DNA from: Botryllus schlosseri
Taxonomy: Eukaryota
Direction of reading: 5' to 3'
Assembly: GCA_051294905.1 (NCBI GenBank)
Contig: CM119371.1
Coordinates: 11,782,001-11,846,000 of the forward strand
DNA: 64,000 nt
Shown: positions 1 through 13,900 of the stretch, one piece after another
How positions within the stretch are numbered: the stretch's first letter is position 1
Layout: each line of letters opens with the position of its first letter
Notes under the pieces: model-generated
Databases searched by the model: none
The model's input: the letters and a program-made list of their open reading frames with translations, nothing else
Told to the model about the DNA's origin: nothing
Translations under genes and position numbers: made by a program

Positions 1-685
1 CTTCCATCTCTGTTTCGTTATAATAAAGCTTTTTCATGTAAAACTTTGTCATTTTTCAAGTCAATAGAGTTATATCAGGCCAAGCTACTTCGTAACGACA
101 GACAGTTCCAACCAAAAATGAAGAAACGTGAAACAGATATAACATTATGTGCCAAAATGCCTAATTTACATACACGACGGCAGTATTTTGTCCAAATGAA
201 GTTTTTGTAGCGTCAAAAATGTTGTAATTTAATTTTTTTCAGTGCAAAATGTTCCGTTTTTAGGTCCAAAATAAAATCACTCTAATTAACACCAGCATAG
301 TTGCCAAATTCAAGAAACACGATTGACGTTAAAGATGTCGCAAACGGGTGCTATGCATATAGTGGAGGTATAGTGGAGTATCTTAGAAAGGCGTAGGCCT
401 ACTCCACAATTGGAGCTTATTTCCATGTACAATTCCTTACTGTCAATACAATAGACTTATTTCGAGATAGTTGCAATAATCAGCGGTTGCATACGCGCAA
501 TGAATATACCATCATACATTCTAGGTCCTTTTCACTATACTGGTGAATGTAATTATTTAGTTGGGTCCTGGGGTTAGAAAAGATAATGGCTCCATATCGT
601 TTGTATTGGTACCTTATCTCATTAGGCCTTCTCAGCGCAATCCATATATTGCCTTCCAATATAACTTCTAAGATGCAAAATATAT

Positions 686-822
686 GTAATCGTGATCACT
701 TTTCTAATGTAATCGTAATCGACTACTTCCTGATTTTGCTGTAATCGTAATCGTAATCGCGTCATTCAGAAGTTATCGTAATCGCAATCGATTACATTCA
801 TGAAGTAATCACCCCATGTCTG
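686..822. mobile_element. One end of a hAT-like MITE with (GTAATC)n subterminal repeats
   Basis: Ends in gtaatcaccccatgtctg, the same terminus as the complete element at 20778-24116. The other end was not located. Confidence 0.6.
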
Positions 823-2955
823 GTACACTGCAGCCTTTTTCCATCTCAGTGGACGCCTCTAATCACAACGAGGTGAAGGTATTTCGCCGAGTCATCAGAT
901 TCTTCGACCCCAAACCCTCGTTTAAATACGAAGTATGTGCATAATGATAATCTAATTTGCGACTGTTCTTATTTTTGGGTTCATGTCAATGGCAACCCCA
1001 TAGGTCTCCGTGCATGCCTTGCGTCCGAGGAATGTACCCGCCAATAGAAAGTAAATATGGAGAGCAATACGTATCAGTTTATTAATAAATACATCGTCTA
1101 AAATACCATACTGCGATACTGCGATACAATGAAAAGATAGAGAGGTCTTGAAGCGACTTGGAGTATAGCCCTTAAAATCACACACCAAGAGCATGCTTAG
1201 GCCAGTGCTTCCCAACCCTTTTCAGCGCGCGACTCAATTTTAACCGTTTGGCGCCGACGTGGGTATTTTTACCCATTGCCGGTACGAGGGTAGCGTACTG
1301 TAATAGAACCACTATATATCCCGTTCTAATCGTGCTAGGTCGCTGCTGTTCATTTCTGCGGATAGATATTGTTTGTGCAAGTTCATTGATACAATATTAA
1401 TTTATATATATTATATCTAAGACGTCGAAATCAGATATCAAATACTGTAGATAAATATGTTGCAAAATACACTGTCTCGGCAACGCGCGCGTCATTGACC
1501 ACTCTCAATTAACGTACTGTATGTTTTGTTCTAGCCGTCTTAGAGCATAGTTGTTTCTTTCTGTGAAAAGTTAGTGTCCATACAAGTTCACACATATCTT
1601 CATATCTGATATTAGTTACATATAAGGTGTTCAAAATCTATGTGATAGGCCGCGTGACAAAGATATCCGCAGACCGCATCATTTCGCGGAAACGCGCATT
1701 CCCGATACCCATCATATACCCTGCCGTCTATTTGGTTTTATTCATCATAGCCAGTTGTTGTGGTTTGTTTCTATGAATAGTGCTTGTCAGCTTCTGATTT
1801 GCTTGCTAAAACAACTATACTAGTTATGTCTGCATCGCTCAAGGTGGCATTTGAAAACCGGGAAGAGAATTCTCGCAGTCTACCGTACCAGCTTCAAGCA
1901 AATGGATGAATACTGGTCACATAACGGGATATGTGTCGAGTTCTAATAGTGATATACCTTCATAGATTGTGTCTGTGAATAGTTGTTGCCTATACGATTC
2001 TAGATAATGGCTAATAGTCAAGTATAAATCGGAATAAATACAATATTACTAAGCGCATATACCTACACAAAAGTGTTCATCTGGATATACAAAGAGCTGT
2101 CGTATAACGATATATATCTTTCGTTGTAGTAATGAAAGGCATTTACGGATTGTCTCTTTCAATAGAACTAGCCAATCTCCACCTTCAAGGCCAAAATAAA
2201 CAACATTAGTTATGCCAATGTCACCCCAAGGCCGCTTCTGAAAATCGTGAAGAGAATTCCTGCAGACTACCACACTAGTGTCAAACGCAGGGACGAATAT
2301 CCGTAACAAAATGTGTTATATCCGGTATTTTATCGGTATTAGACACTCTTAGATTGTTTCTGTGGAGAGTACATGCCCATAAGATTATATCTACATCACA
2401 CTAACAGCTAATAGTGATGTATACATCGCAACAAGACCAATTCTACACGCTGTGTATTCCATGCAAACGTGTGTATCATATTTGTATGAAGTGCTACCAA
2501 CTAACGCCATAGACCTTACGTAGTAGTAAGATATGCGTTTGTAGTTTGTCCTTATGGTTAGGTCTTGACAATCTCCGTTTATCAATACTAATGTGACCCA
2601 TTTACGTGCTCTATAAGCTTTGTAAATGCCCTGGAAGGCTACGCTACCTAATATATACACGCGCGACACTCGCTCACTCGCCGATGACTCATTCACTCTG
2701 CGGCCTGGCGCGTGTTTATTGTGCAAACCGTCATTACTGTATCTATTGGATAGTGGCGATATTAGGGCGTATTAGATCGACTGAGCCATCTCCATGATCA
2801 TGATTTCCTCGCCGATATGATTCACAAGAAGCCTATGCCACCAGATATCCATGTTAAGGTTTATAAAGAGTACAGTAAATGTAATACGTTTCTCATCAAC
2901 GAATTCTCGGCTTGCTCTCGACATAAGTGGCCAGACGCAGTGCTCGAAATGATTT

Positions 2956-3027
2956 GAGTGGCGCAATCGGATCCGCGTTGAAGTTCTGAATCTAACGACT
3001 CCTTGTTTACGGTGTTCGAATCCCATT
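2956..3027 (+). mobile_element. Degenerate tRNA-derived (SINE-head-like) sequence
   Basis: A-box-like tggcgcaatcgg and B-box-like gttcgaatcc; no convincing cloverleaf. Confidence 0.35.
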
Positions 3028-3535
3028 AAGGTACAGTTTTTCGATTTTGAAAATTGAAGTAAATTTTTCGAAAATTGCAGCCGGTGCCAATCGGTTGGCA
3101 ATGTTTCATTTTGCGACTCACCATGAGATATGATTGAGAATGTAATTCGACGAACAATGAGTCATGTGAGTAACGAGGTGAATTAGACGCCCCTTGGCCT
3201 TGATGTGATCACAGGGAGAGTTGTTGAAACAGAGGATGTAGTAGGCCTACGTTCAAATGTAACATATGAAAACGCTAACTATTGTTTGCTCAGACAACTA
3301 CGGAACTATAATTCTCAATTACTTGGATTATCACATATAAACTGCGTTTGATGAAGCGGACAGGCCTACGCATAATTGGTACCGCTACAGAAACGACATA
3401 TACGCTATTCCTCTAAAATAATTGATCTTGCGTGATAGCAACTGTTGTGGGTATTGTCGCATCTCTCTTTATCTCTGCAGCCCGCCGCTTCCCTGGCCCG
3501 GATATAATAAGGTGCGTTTGATACATCATATAAAT

Positions 3536-5577
3536 CAGTGGTTCTTAACCTTTTTCCTACATCGCCCCTTTCACCAATGCATGGGTCTGGCGCCCCCCTA
3601 TTTTAAGGACTGTAGTATAACAAAGACAATGGGAAAGTGGTCGAATTCGGCAGGTCTTTTAGGGATGGGACTTTACCATTGGAAATATATTTCGCTTGAA
3701 TCGAGCCTGAGGACCACTCGAGTAATTAACGATATAATACTATATAATATTATGTGCCATATTCGGGATCAAATCAAGATTGTTATTTATAATGAACCAT
3801 CGGGTAAGTAGGCCTACCGGCTCATACCATCTGGTTCGAGCCCGATCTACACATCGCGATTTCACCTCTGCTATTGGCGACATACGCGGGCAAGTTAATT
3901 GTATTGGTGTTTGTTTTATTGCTTCGTCTTAGTAGTAAATCAAATGAGAATGTTACAGAGATCTTTTCTCACATTGAATTTAGTGCCCCACTCAGCTCTT
4001 AGCTTTAAGATGAATGTATTTCAAACAAAGTAAGCCGTATTATATAACGTTATTCATCCGCGTTGCGGGTGACAAGACGATAAATGATATGATACGGTGA
4101 AGAAATATTCTGACGAATTGATTTTGTAGCTCTCAAATACAATTCTATTTCGTTAATCATATTGGCCGGAAAGCTTTAAATCATTTTCAATGTACAAAGG
4201 GCGTCACTCTCAAAAGTGGTACAGCAGTAACTCTTCGATTTCGACACGGTATGCGCTGCAGTGTACAATTAGTATAGTTGGAAACTTTTTGTGGAAAATA
4301 CCCCGAGCTAGCTTGACGGAAGTGTTTTGACGGGGAATTGACTATCCAAAAGTACGCGCATTTCATATTACATGGATTATAGTAATGCGCGACGAAAAAT
4401 TTCGAAATTTGACTTGACTTTGATATTGTCGAATGTTAATTTGTAATGGGAATTCAGGGATATATAGAACAATTGTTCTACTATATCAGGGGGCGGGAAC
4501 CTATGGCTCTTTTGGGTATAAGATATGGCTCTTTGCCAAATATTTATTTTCGTGCTGAATTGATCAATATTGCAGCGACTTGTTGGTAAATTTACATCGC
4601 GGCCAGAATGATTATTCTCGTGACAGTATAAACATGTCTTTGAAAGGCAAAGACAATGCCGTCTTCAGGTTTAGGGGCCCGAGCCCCTCTTTTCAAAATC
4701 ATCAAATTTAAGTTACTGTCACGTCGGCGGCCAATATCACTCACGGGTTCTATGTACCCGACTCGAAATCTTGCATTGTGCGATACGCTGATTAATCAAA
4801 GAGCATAGCAGACATGGCGACGCCCATTTCAAAACGCAGTGTTCAAATACACATTGTCTTCCTGATCTTCGGCGCGAAATGAGCTGTTCTGGATGTGACA
4901 TTCAAAATTACAAAGTCGAATAACAAATAACGCCATAGCTATCCACGTTCTTGATTGGTAAGTATAGCTCTGTGTAGTACCGGCGGTAAAATGTATGCCC
5001 GTAGCGCGACGTTATGTTACCGCCGAATACTTTGAGAATTGAGAAGTCGATCAGTATTTAGATTTATGGAATCAGTGTGACAGTCACATTCGATTTATAT
5101 CAGTTATAATAATTTCTAAGCTACTTACAATGGGTTGCGTTATCAATGGTGAGGCTTGCATGGCCTGTCTGTGCCTTACCTCTAGTTTCGACCTTTATTT
5201 TCGAACAATAAATACCAGTTTTTACAGAGAAAATTTGGCGCACACGAGCAATCCCATGTAGTGAGTTCGATTTAGTGCTACCATGACGCCACGAATTTAA
5301 GATTTTGACGTAACAGTTGATTGGCATATATGGCTCTTTGGGAGTTGAGAGGGAAAATAGGGCCAATATGGCTCTTCTGAGAAAAAAGGTTCCCGACCAC
5401 TGTACTATATAATCATATGTTTCTACTACACCATCTACTGCGACGCCATTTTTCTTCAGCGCCCCCCATACCGCCCCCTGAGCCCAGCGCCCCCCCCCAT
5501 ATCGCCCCCTCGGCGTTTCCACCCCCTTTAAAATCCAATTCGCCCCTTGGGGGGCGCTGGAGACAAGGGAACCACTG
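3536..5577. mobile_element. hAT non-autonomous element (CAGTGGTTC termini) carrying a nested MITE
   Basis: cagtggttc...gaaccactg termini; perfect 8-bp TSD atataaat (3528-3535, 5578-5585). Confidence 0.85.
4487..5402. mobile_element. hAT MITE nested in 3536-5577; same family as 62103-63486
   Basis: cagggggcgggaacc...ggttcccgaccactg termini; TSD tactatat (4479-4486, 5403-5410); internal tatggctc repeats. Confidence 0.88.
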
Positions 5578-5663
5578 ATATAAATGAATAGAACCATACC
5601 GCGTAAGCGACGTCAAATAGAATCGATTCAGCCAACATAAATTGGTAGCTCATGTATCATAAC

Positions 5664-6079
5664 TAGAGCCCGACCGATATTGGATTTTTGGGCCGATACC
5701 GATACAACCGATATGTAACACCTTCGACGATAACACTGTATTCAGCCAATATTCAAATAAGGTAGAATCCGCCGCAAAAGGCCCATTTTCAAAACTGCAG
5801 AGCATATTTATCAACAGCTTTACAGCCATTGTCATACTCCAACATGAAATAAACTAGAAAGCCGGAATCTGAACACTTTGAAACTGTAAGCTATATGAAA
5901 TACAGCAATATACCCAGTCTAGTGGTCAAGGATTGTAGGTTTCTGACTTCCTACCACCATGTTGTGACTGCACGAAAATTGCCGATATTTTTTCACCTCC
6001 AATTGCCGATACGGATAATTCTTTCAAAGTGTGATATCGACTCGATATTATCGGCGAACCGATAATCGGTCAGGCTCTA
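5664..6079. mobile_element. hAT (Ac-like TAG termini) MITE with CCGATA repeats
   Basis: tagagcccgaccgat...atcggtcaggctcta termini; TSD atcataac on both sides. Confidence 0.88.
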
Positions 6080-7889
6080 ATCATAACAAATATTACGCGA
6101 TTGGAGCTTCTCTCTTTATCTTTGCCGCTTTCGTATCGTCTGGTGCTTGCCGGGCGGGTCGTGATGTCTAATATTTAATTGCATACGTTGAAGGACTCTT
6201 ATCAATTCATCCGGTCCGTTTCACAACCAGACTTGAATTCACAGGTCTGTTGTCTATTCATCAGAAAGCCAACTTTATCAAAGCCATCCATTTCTGTTAT
6301 CTACGGGTAACGGAGTACCATACTATATAAACCACCTTATATATTGCGCTACCTCGCATTAATTCTTGTCATTATTGGTTACACTTCGTGGAGAGTGATA
6401 GGGTATCGGCAATTAAGGGTAGGCTATTAGTCGCATTAGTTCTTGGTTATACTTCGTAAAGAGAGAAAGGGTAGGACTTACTAGACCTGCATGTAGATAT
6501 ACAGAATGTGAACACATGTATTTCAGGCGTGCGAATCCTACATTCAGTTATCAATCTATTGAGAACCTTATTTAAATATTCATTGCAAAACTCGGATTCG
6601 AAAAGTATTATTCTGTTCATTTCAGTTATATGAAATATATAATAGGCTATTATTCGCTCTGAAATAAAGAAAAGAATATGGACGCGCAGAAAGAAACTCA
6701 AGTCAACCCGGCGATATTTTGACAAAAGTAAGAATGTATTTTGATTTTCGTAAATTAACTAAAAGGTACTGTTCTTCATCATCATCATGTTCCAAGCATC
6801 ATCAATAGAATATGAGGGTTTCGAATAGTACAATTGTTTTATAAGTAGCCTACTATCTTATTACAGCGAGCCCATGCGGTTTGAGAACAGCGACTCGGAG
6901 CGAGCACTGGCAGAGTTGCTAAACAATTGGAGTCCGTTCGAAAAGTCAGTAACTACGACGAAGACTAAAACATCACGTCCAAAATGTCGTGATCCGTACC
7001 TTGGGGCAATGAGAAAAAGAATCCAATAGGTACATATTTTCGTGTTCGACGCGTAAATATTGACTCTGCTATAATTTCATACATACAGATGTAACTATAT
7101 ACGCCAGTGAAATTTTACAGTTAATCACTTCACTGATTTACTATACTTAGCATACAGGACTGGACTGTTCCTTTGTCCTATTTTATGCTAACGTACGTGG
7201 TTCACATTTGCTCATACTGTGACTTCACGATGTACTTGTTCAATGTATCAGTCGATGCGGCCTTGACATGGCACATGATTCAAATTTACACAACCAGTAT
7301 GCTTTGCTACGTGACGCTAATTCCGATGCATTCTTTCCTTTTTAGCGAAAAGGGGCAAAGTACAGCAAAGATATTTACTCACCCGACCGACCGGACGAGG
7401 CAGTGATCAAGCAGTTCGACCAACGAAATAGCAAATCTCGTTTCGACGAAAAATTAGGGAGGATACCGATTGACTTCAACGATGATGACGAGTCTTCTTG
7501 AAATATGGAGATGATATATGATCCTTCAAAAGCCACTGGCATAACATCACCTTATTCGTGCTGAACACTGTTTCCAATTTCATATTTCTAAGTATTTTAT
7601 TGAATAAAGCGATGAAGATAACTCGATTGCTATGTAAGCTAATTTATAATATAAAATTGCAATAGGCATTGTGTCATGAAATGCAAGACTGTCATAGGTA
7701 ACTACATCGGGGCTGCTCAAACTATTTTCCTTTGCGACCCCATGTTAGAAGATAAATTATTCCGTAGCTGCCGACTTGCAGCACGGCCCAGGTATAGGCT
7801 TTTATATGACACCACCTACATGGATGATTTGACGAGGAGGAGCACAGATAAACCCCCAACACTTGGGTAGGAATTCTGGATATGATTTC

Positions 7890-7952
7890 GGTCGGAATCG
7901 AGCCCGCAATCCATTGGTGTTGCAGCTGTGGATTATACCACTACGCTATCTC
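7890..7952 (-). mobile_element. Degenerate tRNA-derived (SINE-head-like) sequence
   Basis: Minus strand reads gagatagcgtagtggt...gggctcgattcc (A- and B-box-like) and resembles the head of the SINE at 20494. Confidence 0.35.
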
Positions 7953-9190
7953 GCCACTCAAATCTTAATCGAATTTTATTCTAATGTTTCAATACGAGAA
8001 GCGAGGGAAATACAATTAAATAGGAATTCTGCAGAAACGTCGGATTCTAGATTGATTGCAGTGCAAAGCTATTTGATAATATTGGTGGTTGAGTTTTAAA
8101 CGGCCAGTAACGCCATTTCCCCGGTGTGGGAGAAATAAGGAAAAAGTAGAACATACGAAACTTATACTTGGATATCAAACATGGCCTCGTCGAGAACAAA
8201 TAGCCAACATTTCTGTGCATTTTCCTCGCGGAACAACTCAAAAAGCAATAGATAGAGAATCCGATAAACTTCGAATATCCAAGAATGGAATCCCGGAACA
8301 AAATATTAAAGCCAAAATTTTTACCTGCTGTATCAGGGGCGGGCAACATACGGCCCGCGGGCCCGATCCGGCCCGCGACGGGATTCTGTGCGGCCCGCCG
8401 ACAGTTTTCGGTCTTACATGATGATGAGGCCCGCGTCGCCGTCTACAGGCATTTAGGCGCAAACAATTTCGAGCATGAACATTAGCAAGACAAAGCGACG
8501 TTCTAATACAACTGATGCTCACCGCATTGACGTAGCCAGGGGCGAATGGGACCATACCATACCCAAATTTGTATATTCGTACTATTTATAAATAGTGGAA
8601 TATTTTCGGGCAGATGGATTCAAACTGAAAAATTTTAGCGCGCTTCGCGCGATTTAGTGTCTCTACGTTCATGTCTTGGTTAGGAGATTACAGTGTCATA
8701 GATACACTAGAATAGCCCAGGGCCGTGAGGCTGCAGGCGTTTTCAACAAGGTAATTGTTAACAATGAACCCGCCCGAAGTGAATAATCTGCGATAAGCTC
8801 ATTAATGTATATATTCTTATTCCATGATCAATGTTAAAATTTGTAATTATACCTGCTGTAAATTTTCGAAGAAACCACTTGCTCATACCCTCACCAATAT
8901 CATTGATCAAATTCATTCAATTAGGTAAAAAAAAATTTCGCGCTCACTGAAAAAAAAATTTACCTCGATTTACCGCGAAATGTCTGGAAGCAGGGTGGCC
9001 AGCCACTTGGCAGTAATATAACATTACCGTCACTCAATGTAAATTCAACTTACAACCGTCCGGTAATCTAACTTTACATGCCAGACTGTAATGTTACAGT
9101 CACCTCTGGTATATTCAATCTACATTTTCTTCTGTGTACTTTTACCACCGAGACTGTAATTTTACCGCCTTACCTACCTACCTACAACCC

Positions 9191-9575
9191 GGGTCCGTCT
9201 ACTTTGTGCATGTCGGCTATGTCGACTATGTCGGCTATGTAGCGGCTATGTCGGCTATGTCGACTATGTCGGCTATGTCGAATATGTCAACTATGTCGCA
9301 GCTATGTAGCGGCTATGTCGGGAATGTCGCAGCTATGTAGCGGCTATGTCGACTATGTTGGCTATGTCGCAGCTATTTTGCGGCTTTGTGCGTGTCGGCT
9401 ATGTCGCAGCTATGTCGACTATGTAACAGGTATGTCGGAGCGATTTGGACTTTGTTGCAGCTATAGGTCGACTATGTGAAAGATGTCGCAGATATATATG
9501 TCGATAATGCCGGCTATGTCACAGCTATGTCGCGGCTATGTCGGCTATGTAGCAGCTATGTCGGCTATGTCGTCT
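9191..9575 (+). repeat. Left TIR of the MULE, array of 9/12-bp GCTATGTCG-type units
   Basis: Repeated ggctatgtc / gactatgtc / gcagctatgt units, colinear in reverse complement with 14665-14931. Confidence 0.92.
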
Positions 9576-9834
9576 ACGTAATCAACTCCGGAGATGCAGG
9601 AGAGGATTTTGCAATAATTTTAATTTTAACATTGTCTTATATATGTTTCAGGCAAAGTATTGTGCCGAAGTCGGATCCAGAAGCAGATGCTATAGTTGTC
9701 TTTATACGTTGCAACTTGCAATGTCGTAATATTTGTAATGCAAATACAATAGACGAAAAAAAGATTGAGTTTCCGTGTTGTCTCTTTCCTGGTGGTCAAC
9801 GTAACAGCTTTAAAATTTATGGAAGGCCCTACAG

Positions 9835-10391
9835 CAAGGGTCGGCAACCTACGGCCCGCGGGCCGGATCCGGCCCGCCAAGCGACATTGAACTGAGAAAT
9901 TAATAGCAACTTTTCCTCGAAAATACAAGTATCGCCGACTCATAATCTTGTAATCTAAAATGGGTATCTAATCTTGCTCTCCTGGTACATTTAACGTCAT
10001 ATCTGACAAATTGAATTTGCATTTTCAGGGGGCAACTGAATACACGAGATGTTGAGTCGCATTCGAAACATCATCATCATCATCATTGGTTTATTAGCAA
10101 TTTTATCAGTTCAATACATCACAAAAAATGCGATACAATGAAAAGACAGGAAGATGTCGAAGCGACAAGGAGTAGTCTATGGAATCGGACAATGCGTCAA
10201 TTGTCACATTTATTCTGCGTTGTTGAAGTGTAGATACTTGCGTTTTATCATTGGTATGATTGAGATTGTAGCAATGTAGGATAATGTACCGAAGTGAGCG
10301 TAAAATATAGTATTAAGGAAAATTCCGGCCCGCCAAAAGTTGTACACTCGAAATTTGGCCCGTGACTAGCAAAAGGTTATACCGACCCCTG
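9835..10391. mobile_element. hAT (Charlie-like) MITE inserted in the MULE 5' region
   Basis: caagggtcggcaacct...ccgacccctg termini; TSD ccctacag (9827-9834, 10392-10399); ggcccgc subterminal motifs. Confidence 0.88.
10069..10192 (-). mobile_element. 5'-truncated LINE 3' tail with (ATG)n end, inside the MITE
   Basis: Closely matches the reverse complement of the LINE 3' end at ~33757-33890, including aataaacc(a)+(atg)n. Confidence 0.85.
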
Positions 10392-10970
10392 CCCTACAGG
10401 GTTAAAACTTTGTAATTGAATTCTCAAATCGAGCTCACATAAACGTTTAACCAGCAACAATGGTGCATGGTCATCAATCAATGATGTATGAAGTACATCA
10501 TTGTGTTCAATAATGAACTTGATAATTAATCCCAGTTTCGGGCTAACAATGGTGAAAAATGTCCTTCAATTCGTATTTGCGAAAGGCAGAGTTTGGCCAA
10601 GGAAGTGTTGAGCAATCATTGCAAGAAAAGAAAGTGCTGAGCAGTAGAATATAAATTTTAAAACGAAATGGAAATAGAGCTTGCATTAGTTATGTCTCAA
10701 CCAACCGTATCTTTGATTGGAAGGAAAATGAATAGAGTACGTTAGCAGAATTCCAGTGGTATGGAGCGTTTACCAGCTCCCTCGATAATTTTGATTTTGG
10801 GGACTGTATGTATAAGTCGATAATTATTTTGAAATGATAGAAGATTCCAGGCGGGGTACATCGCGCAATTATCATCGGAATTATTATGCCGTGTCGTGAT
10901 TAATAACCTTTCGCACTACCTTTTGGAGGATTACAGAAATTTAATTGTAAACAACAATCTGAATTCGGGT

Positions 10971-13900
10971 ATGAATGTTCGCGGGATATCTGCGCAATGC
11001 GTCGTTTGCACAAATGTTTGCACGGACGAATGCATTAAATGCGACAATTGCAAATTATGGGTTCATTCTTCCTGCACCAAAATAGTTGACTTGCGCAAAT
11101 GGTCCAAGCTGCTATATGTTTGTTCGAGCTGTATTCTTAAAGATGGACATTTTAATTACGAATTGGCACTCGATTATTTGGCACAATCACCAAGAAATTC
11201 GAAATCCATCAGGCATCTAATGGAGCTGTACGCGGTACCGGAGCCGGCTGTTGCTTCAGTTGACCCTCATAGCACTCCTGTGGACAAGGTTGCTATGAAA
11301 ATACTGCAATTATATCACCCTGCGGCAGGTGAGAGTACCATAGCATTGTCCGTCGCAGGTGACGGCAATTGCTTTTATCGAGCAATATCTTTGACCATGT
11401 ACCGTACCGAGCAATACCATCTGCGGCTTAGGCTACTTACCGCCATGGAAATCATAGAAAACAGGAAGTACTATGACGAGAGTTTCAGAGGCTTCGTCGA
11501 TGTTATTGGGGACTTTCGTGTGGTCTCGTCTAAATACACAAGACTGATTGAGAAAACTTGCAATCCGGGAAGCTATTCCGAACTTCTGCATTTTTATGCG
11601 TTGAGCGCTGCGATCCGCAAGCGAATTCGTTCCTACTTTCCCCCAGCAACGGTCAACCAATATTTGACCGAGCCATTTTCCAGAATATGTTGCGGACGAG
11701 GAGTCAAAATCTCCGGATCTTGCTCCATAACTGTGATGTGGAGTCAGATGACTGTGCCTTCAGACGATATACCGTTTCGACCAAACCATCTCGTCCCGAT
11801 TTTTGATTTGAAGACGGAAGCTAATACAGATTTGACTGAGAGCAGCACGGTAAACCCGTCAAAAATTAATTCAGCGGATCACAGTCAGGCAACACAGGAC
11901 TCAATTGATGTCGAACAAATGTCAAAAAGCTTCGAGCCTGGAGTAAGTAATGTGGAGGTACAACACCAGAAGGTAACAGATTCCATTGATACTGTTCCTT
12001 CAGATGATATACCGTTTAGACCAAACCACATTATTCCGATTTTTGAATTGAAGACAGAAAAGAATATGGAGTTGACTGAAAGCAGCCCGCTTATTCCATC
12101 TAAAAATAATTCAGCGGATCATGGTCAGGATATACCGGATTCAATTGATGCGGAACAAATGTCAAGAAGCTTCGAACCTGGAGTAAATTATTTGGAGGCA
12201 CAGCATCAGAAGGTAGCAGATTCCGTTGGTACTGGGGAGAAGCCTGACATCTTTGATCAGCCGAACAATGATTACGAGGAGGCAGAAACCACAACTAGCG
12301 CAAAAGCAAGCGGATCCTCGGAAGAATTGCCCATAGGCGGTAATCAGCTAGTTTGGGGGGAATTTATGAGGATCGAAGAAGTGTGGTGCCTTTTGCAAAA
12401 CTGCCGTACACCGATGAAAGGTGTTCCGACAGGTAGAAAAAGTAATGTTTACTTTCTAGTTGATAATTCCAATAACATACTTAGAAGGAAAGCCAAGAAA
12501 CCACGCATATTTTGGGATGATTTGGGAGCATGGATCAACACGAAGCAGACATCTTCCCAATACGTCAAGTCGGATAAAACCTATACCTTGGTTTACACCC
12601 CGAAAATAAAAAACGGAATTTTCTGCATAAGAAAAAAGGTGCACGAAACAAATTCGGTAGGTTATCATGATATTTCGCCCCAACCAGATCCCAAAGACAT
12701 CATCAAAATTGGGAGGTATTATGCTAATCTAAAAGGGAATAAGTTAGCAAAAAGAGTGTCATGGATCGAAGACGAAAATGCACTCCCAGTAGCTCTTGTG
12801 GAGTATAAAGGAGAACTACAGGAATGCAATGCTCATGGAAACAGCAGAGGAAAAACGCAAACCTATATTCGAACGAATCCCATCGTTTTGGATGAAATAA
12901 AAGATAAATGCTCTTATATACCGGCAAAAAGACTGTACAGCAATTTGCAAACGGAGACGACAGACATCACGAAAATGCCACGCAACTCCCACCAAATCCG
13001 CCAAACCAAATATAGAGTAAAACATGGACATGAACAATCTGATTCGAAAATTCATCCGAAGGGAGGGTTCGCCGACGAAATGCTACAAGTAATTAACATG
13101 GCACAAACATCTAATTTCGTTCAAAAAATTATTCATTCTCAGAAAAATCCCCCAAACATAATTCTCTACACTGAAGAACAGATCTTAGATTTGAAAAATC
13201 AATGTGTAACAGGACAGGCGGTTCTTGGCTTTGATAAAACATTCAACTTGGGAAACATCTATGTGACTGTTGCAGTATTCAAAAATACAAAACTGATCAG
13301 CGTCGAAACTAACGAAAACCCGATTTTTATTGGTCCATTGCATTTGCATCATAAATCTGACATTGGGACGTACAAATACTTTTTCAACCAGCTGGCATCT
13401 GCTCTTGGATAAGACTTCCCTCGATTAATCGTTGGTACTGATGATGAAATTGCTCTTCATGCAGCTATCGAGAGCACGTTCCCCAAATGCAAACACATAC
13501 ATTGCGTTAAACATTTGAAAGACAATCTAATTGACAAGCTAAAAAATTGCATTGGATCCGACAAAGGTCTGAGAAACAGTTTAGTCAAACACGTGTTCCG
13601 TCTTCTCGACAGTACCACGCAAGAGGAGTTTGAGCAACTTCAAAATGCAATCATTGCACGTTGCAATGAAGAATGCCCGCAGTTGACAAAATACCTTGAG
13701 ACTCGAATGTTCAACTTGTTAAAAAACAAAGTTTGGAAAATTGGCAAAATTTCTTCTGCAAACCAATTTTGGACCAATAACAACAATTAAAGTATAAACA
13801 ATGTATTAAAGCGATTAACTGAATGGAAAATTGAGAAAATTCCCCAACTGATTAATACCCTGCACACAGCAGTTTCTTCGCAATATGCTGATGCTCGACG

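Noticed and set aside
9191..9575. CRISPR-like or coding interpretation of the GCTATGTCG arrays (ORFs 9134-9340, 9476-9895, 14458-14916)
   Set aside because: No unique spacers; the arrays are mirror-image transposon TIRs and the SAM/STM peptides are translations of a 9-bp unit.
13410..13790. TAA reassignment or programmed readthrough in the transposase
   Set aside because: The LINE ORF at 28513 terminates at TAA in the expected place and nothing else suggests a variant code; point mutation is simpler.
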